A stretch of 63,850 bases of DNA, filler included, from Dicyema japonicum (taxonomy: Eukaryota; Animalia; Dicyemida), in the NCBI GenBank assembly GCA_011109175.1. It is 6 parts of 6 records of this genome, joined end to end, with 100 filler letters (N's around TTAATTAATTAA, not from the genome) between each part and the next. Parts side by side here need not be neighbours in the genome. Positions count along the whole stretch, not along the records: positions 61,313 to 63,850 come from RDEW01000086.1; 5 more parts are not named here. One strand, 5' to 3'. The stretch's first letter is position 1. Each line of letters starts with the position of its first letter. A program made the position numbers and the translations under genes. Below are positions 61,313-63,850 of the stretch, piece after piece. The notes under the pieces were generated by a model, which made no database searches, was not told the origin of the DNA, and saw nothing but the letters and a program-made list of their open reading frames with translations.

Positions 61313-62345
61313 TTATCTGATAATTCTATTGTTTAGGAGAAGTATCTAGAATCAAACAAAATTATATGAACTTTATAAATAATGGGTCCGTACAATCAAA
61401 AGATTGTTTTGGAATTGAAAGGAGTAAAGAAAAAATCACTATTCTTTTGTCGGTCAGTGCTTGTGGCGAAAAATTGAACCATTATTAATAGAAAAATATA
61501 AATCTCCACTTTGTATGAAAAATTTTAACCCTGAAGAGCACGGAGTTTTATATTCGTTTTCTAAAAATTGTTGGATGACATCTGATATATTTATTACTCG
61601 GTTAAACATTGTCAACGAAGAAATGATTCAACACAACCGAAAAATTGTCCTTTTGCTTGACAATGCAAGTAGTCACAAGACTAATCATTTTTCTAACATT
61701 GAGCTATTTTTTCTGCCAAAATGCAACATCATTAATTCAACCCTTAGATATGGGAGTTATTAAATCGTTCAAATCCAATTATTTAAATAATTTGATGGAT
61801 TTTTCTAACATTGAGCTATTTTTTCTGCCAAAATGCAACATCATTAATTCAACCCTTAGATATGGGAGTTATTAAATCGTTCAAATCCAATTATTTAAAT
61901 AATTTGATGGATTTTACCCTATCTTTTGAGGATGATAAGTTTACAATGTTTAATTTAAAGCAAGTAAATCTCAGACAAATAATCATTATTGTTGAAAAGA
62001 CATGGCAACAAATACACTCTGAATCAATTACTAATTGTTGGAAGAAAATTGATGAATGTCGTTTTCAAACTCTCTCATTGGTGAATAATTTTTTAGATAA
62101 CATAATTAAAGGTATAATTACTGAAAATGTAGTTGAAAATGATGACGAGAATATATACGACGGAGTAAAATGTACATATTCTCATTTGGAAACAATAACA
62201 GCGATGAATACACTTGACGAGAACATTTTCAATTTGTTCCCTTAAGCTTTGAAAGATTATTATAATTTCAGAAAAATATTAGGAATGCAAATGAAAAAAT
62301 CCGCAACCGGAGGGAAATTAACAGACTATTTTCCTATCGTTAAAT
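61313..62345 (+). mobile_element. pogo/Tigger (TIGD/Jerky-like) DDE_1 transposase fragment
   Basis: SKEKITILLSVSACGEK, KNCWMTSDIF, LLLDNASSH and TSLIQPLDMGVIKSFK. A tandem duplication of about 110 bp lies at 61690-61910. Confidence 0.92.
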
Positions 62346-63850
62346 AAATATGTTTTTAATATAATTCTGAAAAATCTAAAAAAACATTATTTATCTATAA
62401 ATTTAATAAAAAGCAAATTTAAATTGTTAAACTGTGGATAAATCCAAAGAAAATGCCGAACCTCCATTTTTGGGGAAACCTCTGTAAAAACATTATTTAT
62501 CTATAAATTTAATAAAAAGCAAATTTAAATTGTTAAACTGTGGATAAATCTAAAGAAAATGCCGAACCTCCATTTTTGGGGAAACCTCTGTTTTTGGGGC
62601 ATTTTTTTAAATAGTATACTAGCAATATAATTGCAAGACTATATGAACAAAATCAGACGATGGTTGTTTCCCAGTTCCATTTTAGACAAGCCATCTCTGC
62701 TCTTGTCCTAATTTGATGTATGAATCGACCAGATATACCTGACAGGTCTCTAAAAACGTCCTTTTTTGGTAATCATTTCTTTTTAGCCGCCGGTTTCCTT
62801 TACTTGAATGGACATAAGTAAATAAATAAGAGAAACCACCCGTCAAATCATTAATTTTTTTAACTAAAAAATTAAAATCAATTCGATTTATTTTTCTGTT
62901 TAAAAATAATTTATTTTTTGCTTTGGAACATAAGCAGTGTTCAAAAGCTTCTTGCAGCTGTCCTCAATAAGTATACTAGTTTTTGGTAGTTTACTACGTT
63001 TCTCAGAATTAGAACACCATAAATGCAGTTTTTGACAAAATCACTCTTACCTTTATTCGCCAGTGCTTTACGATTTTTTGGTAAAGGAAATTATACACTC
63101 ACTCTTAATTGACCTTGACGTAGGGCATCTAATGGAGTTAAGAGTTATGATTTACTAAATATTTCCTATTCCCCCATTTCTTGATCTGCAACGAGCCTTG
63201 ACAATATTGCTTGTTGGAATTTTTCTTAAAGCTCATGGAATCATATGACTAAACAAGCAGTGATATTTGTTTCCTGGAACCTCTTACCTCGCGAAGAATT
63301 TACCGGTTGCCGTCTCGAACACATTTGGGACGATGAGAAACGGCCCCCAAGCGCAAAATATTTATCCAGCTTTCTCTGTTTGGCAGAGTAAGTGGCCGGA
63401 GAATCCAAGTTTTATTGGGTACTTTATTTGTCAGGAAAAAAGGCAATCATCTTCCAAAAATACATTCAGCCTGAATCCTTACAAGAATTAATCAAAAACA
63501 GAAGAATCAGAAAGAAGGGAACTACAATTCTCACTATTTCTTAAACATCAGTCAATTCAACAAATAATGGAATATTATATGCTCGTACTGATATATCGGT
63601 CGATCGCATCAGAAAACGTAGAGTCAACTTTGCATCCACATATACAAAATACAAAGTAATCCAAAAAAACAAATAAAAAGGCTAATAAATCGAAAAAATC
63701 CAAATTTACTCTTCCGTCAAAAAAGCCCGCTTAAATATTTTCTCAATGTTAAGGTCATCGTACGGTTCTAAATGTGGTAATATCGACAAATCTTTGCGTG
63801 TTAACGAAGGCCATAATTGTCCCCTCCCATTTAATATTTTTTATTCAAAT

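Noticed and set aside
62920-63850. Possible decayed coding sequence (MULE-like GCR motif, or a spliced gene)
   Set aside because: I could not build a consistent frame or a convincing motif set. The same applies to 14790-15400, 26922-27600, 58600-59340 and 60740-61200.

Overview
This is an AT-rich, transposon-dense eukaryotic scaffold with several N gaps, five of them carrying an artificial TTAATTAATTAA linker. Host genes use the standard genetic code and ultra-short GT-AG introns of about 20-29 nt. Splicing by hand recovers an intact SNX5/6-type PX-BAR sorting nexin (8706-9907, -) and RPS25 (18457-19031, +). It also recovers damaged copies of CENP-C, IQCH, a GCM-domain gene and RTEL1, plus a tandem triplet of small, unrecognised secreted 4-Cys proteins (44924-50354, -). 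The rest is mostly mobile DNA: CRE-clade RLE retrotransposons (with an N-terminal PHD finger), I/Jockey-group and RTE LINEs, R4/NeSL-like fragments, Ginger-like integrase DNA transposons, pogo/Tigger and Buster-type hAT remnants, and about 12 copies of a structured tRNA-derived SINE. The most striking signals are a candidate -1 ribosomal frameshift cassette conserved in two LINE copies, the secreted protein triplet, the tiny-intron architecture, and a 13-nt telomere-like array inside a Ginger-like element. The SNX5/6-type PX insertion and the GCM domain point to an animal, possibly a reduced parasite such as a dicyemid or myxozoan; this is inference only. All protein assignments rest on remembered family motifs, with no database search. 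TE boundaries are approximate unless TIRs or TSDs are cited.
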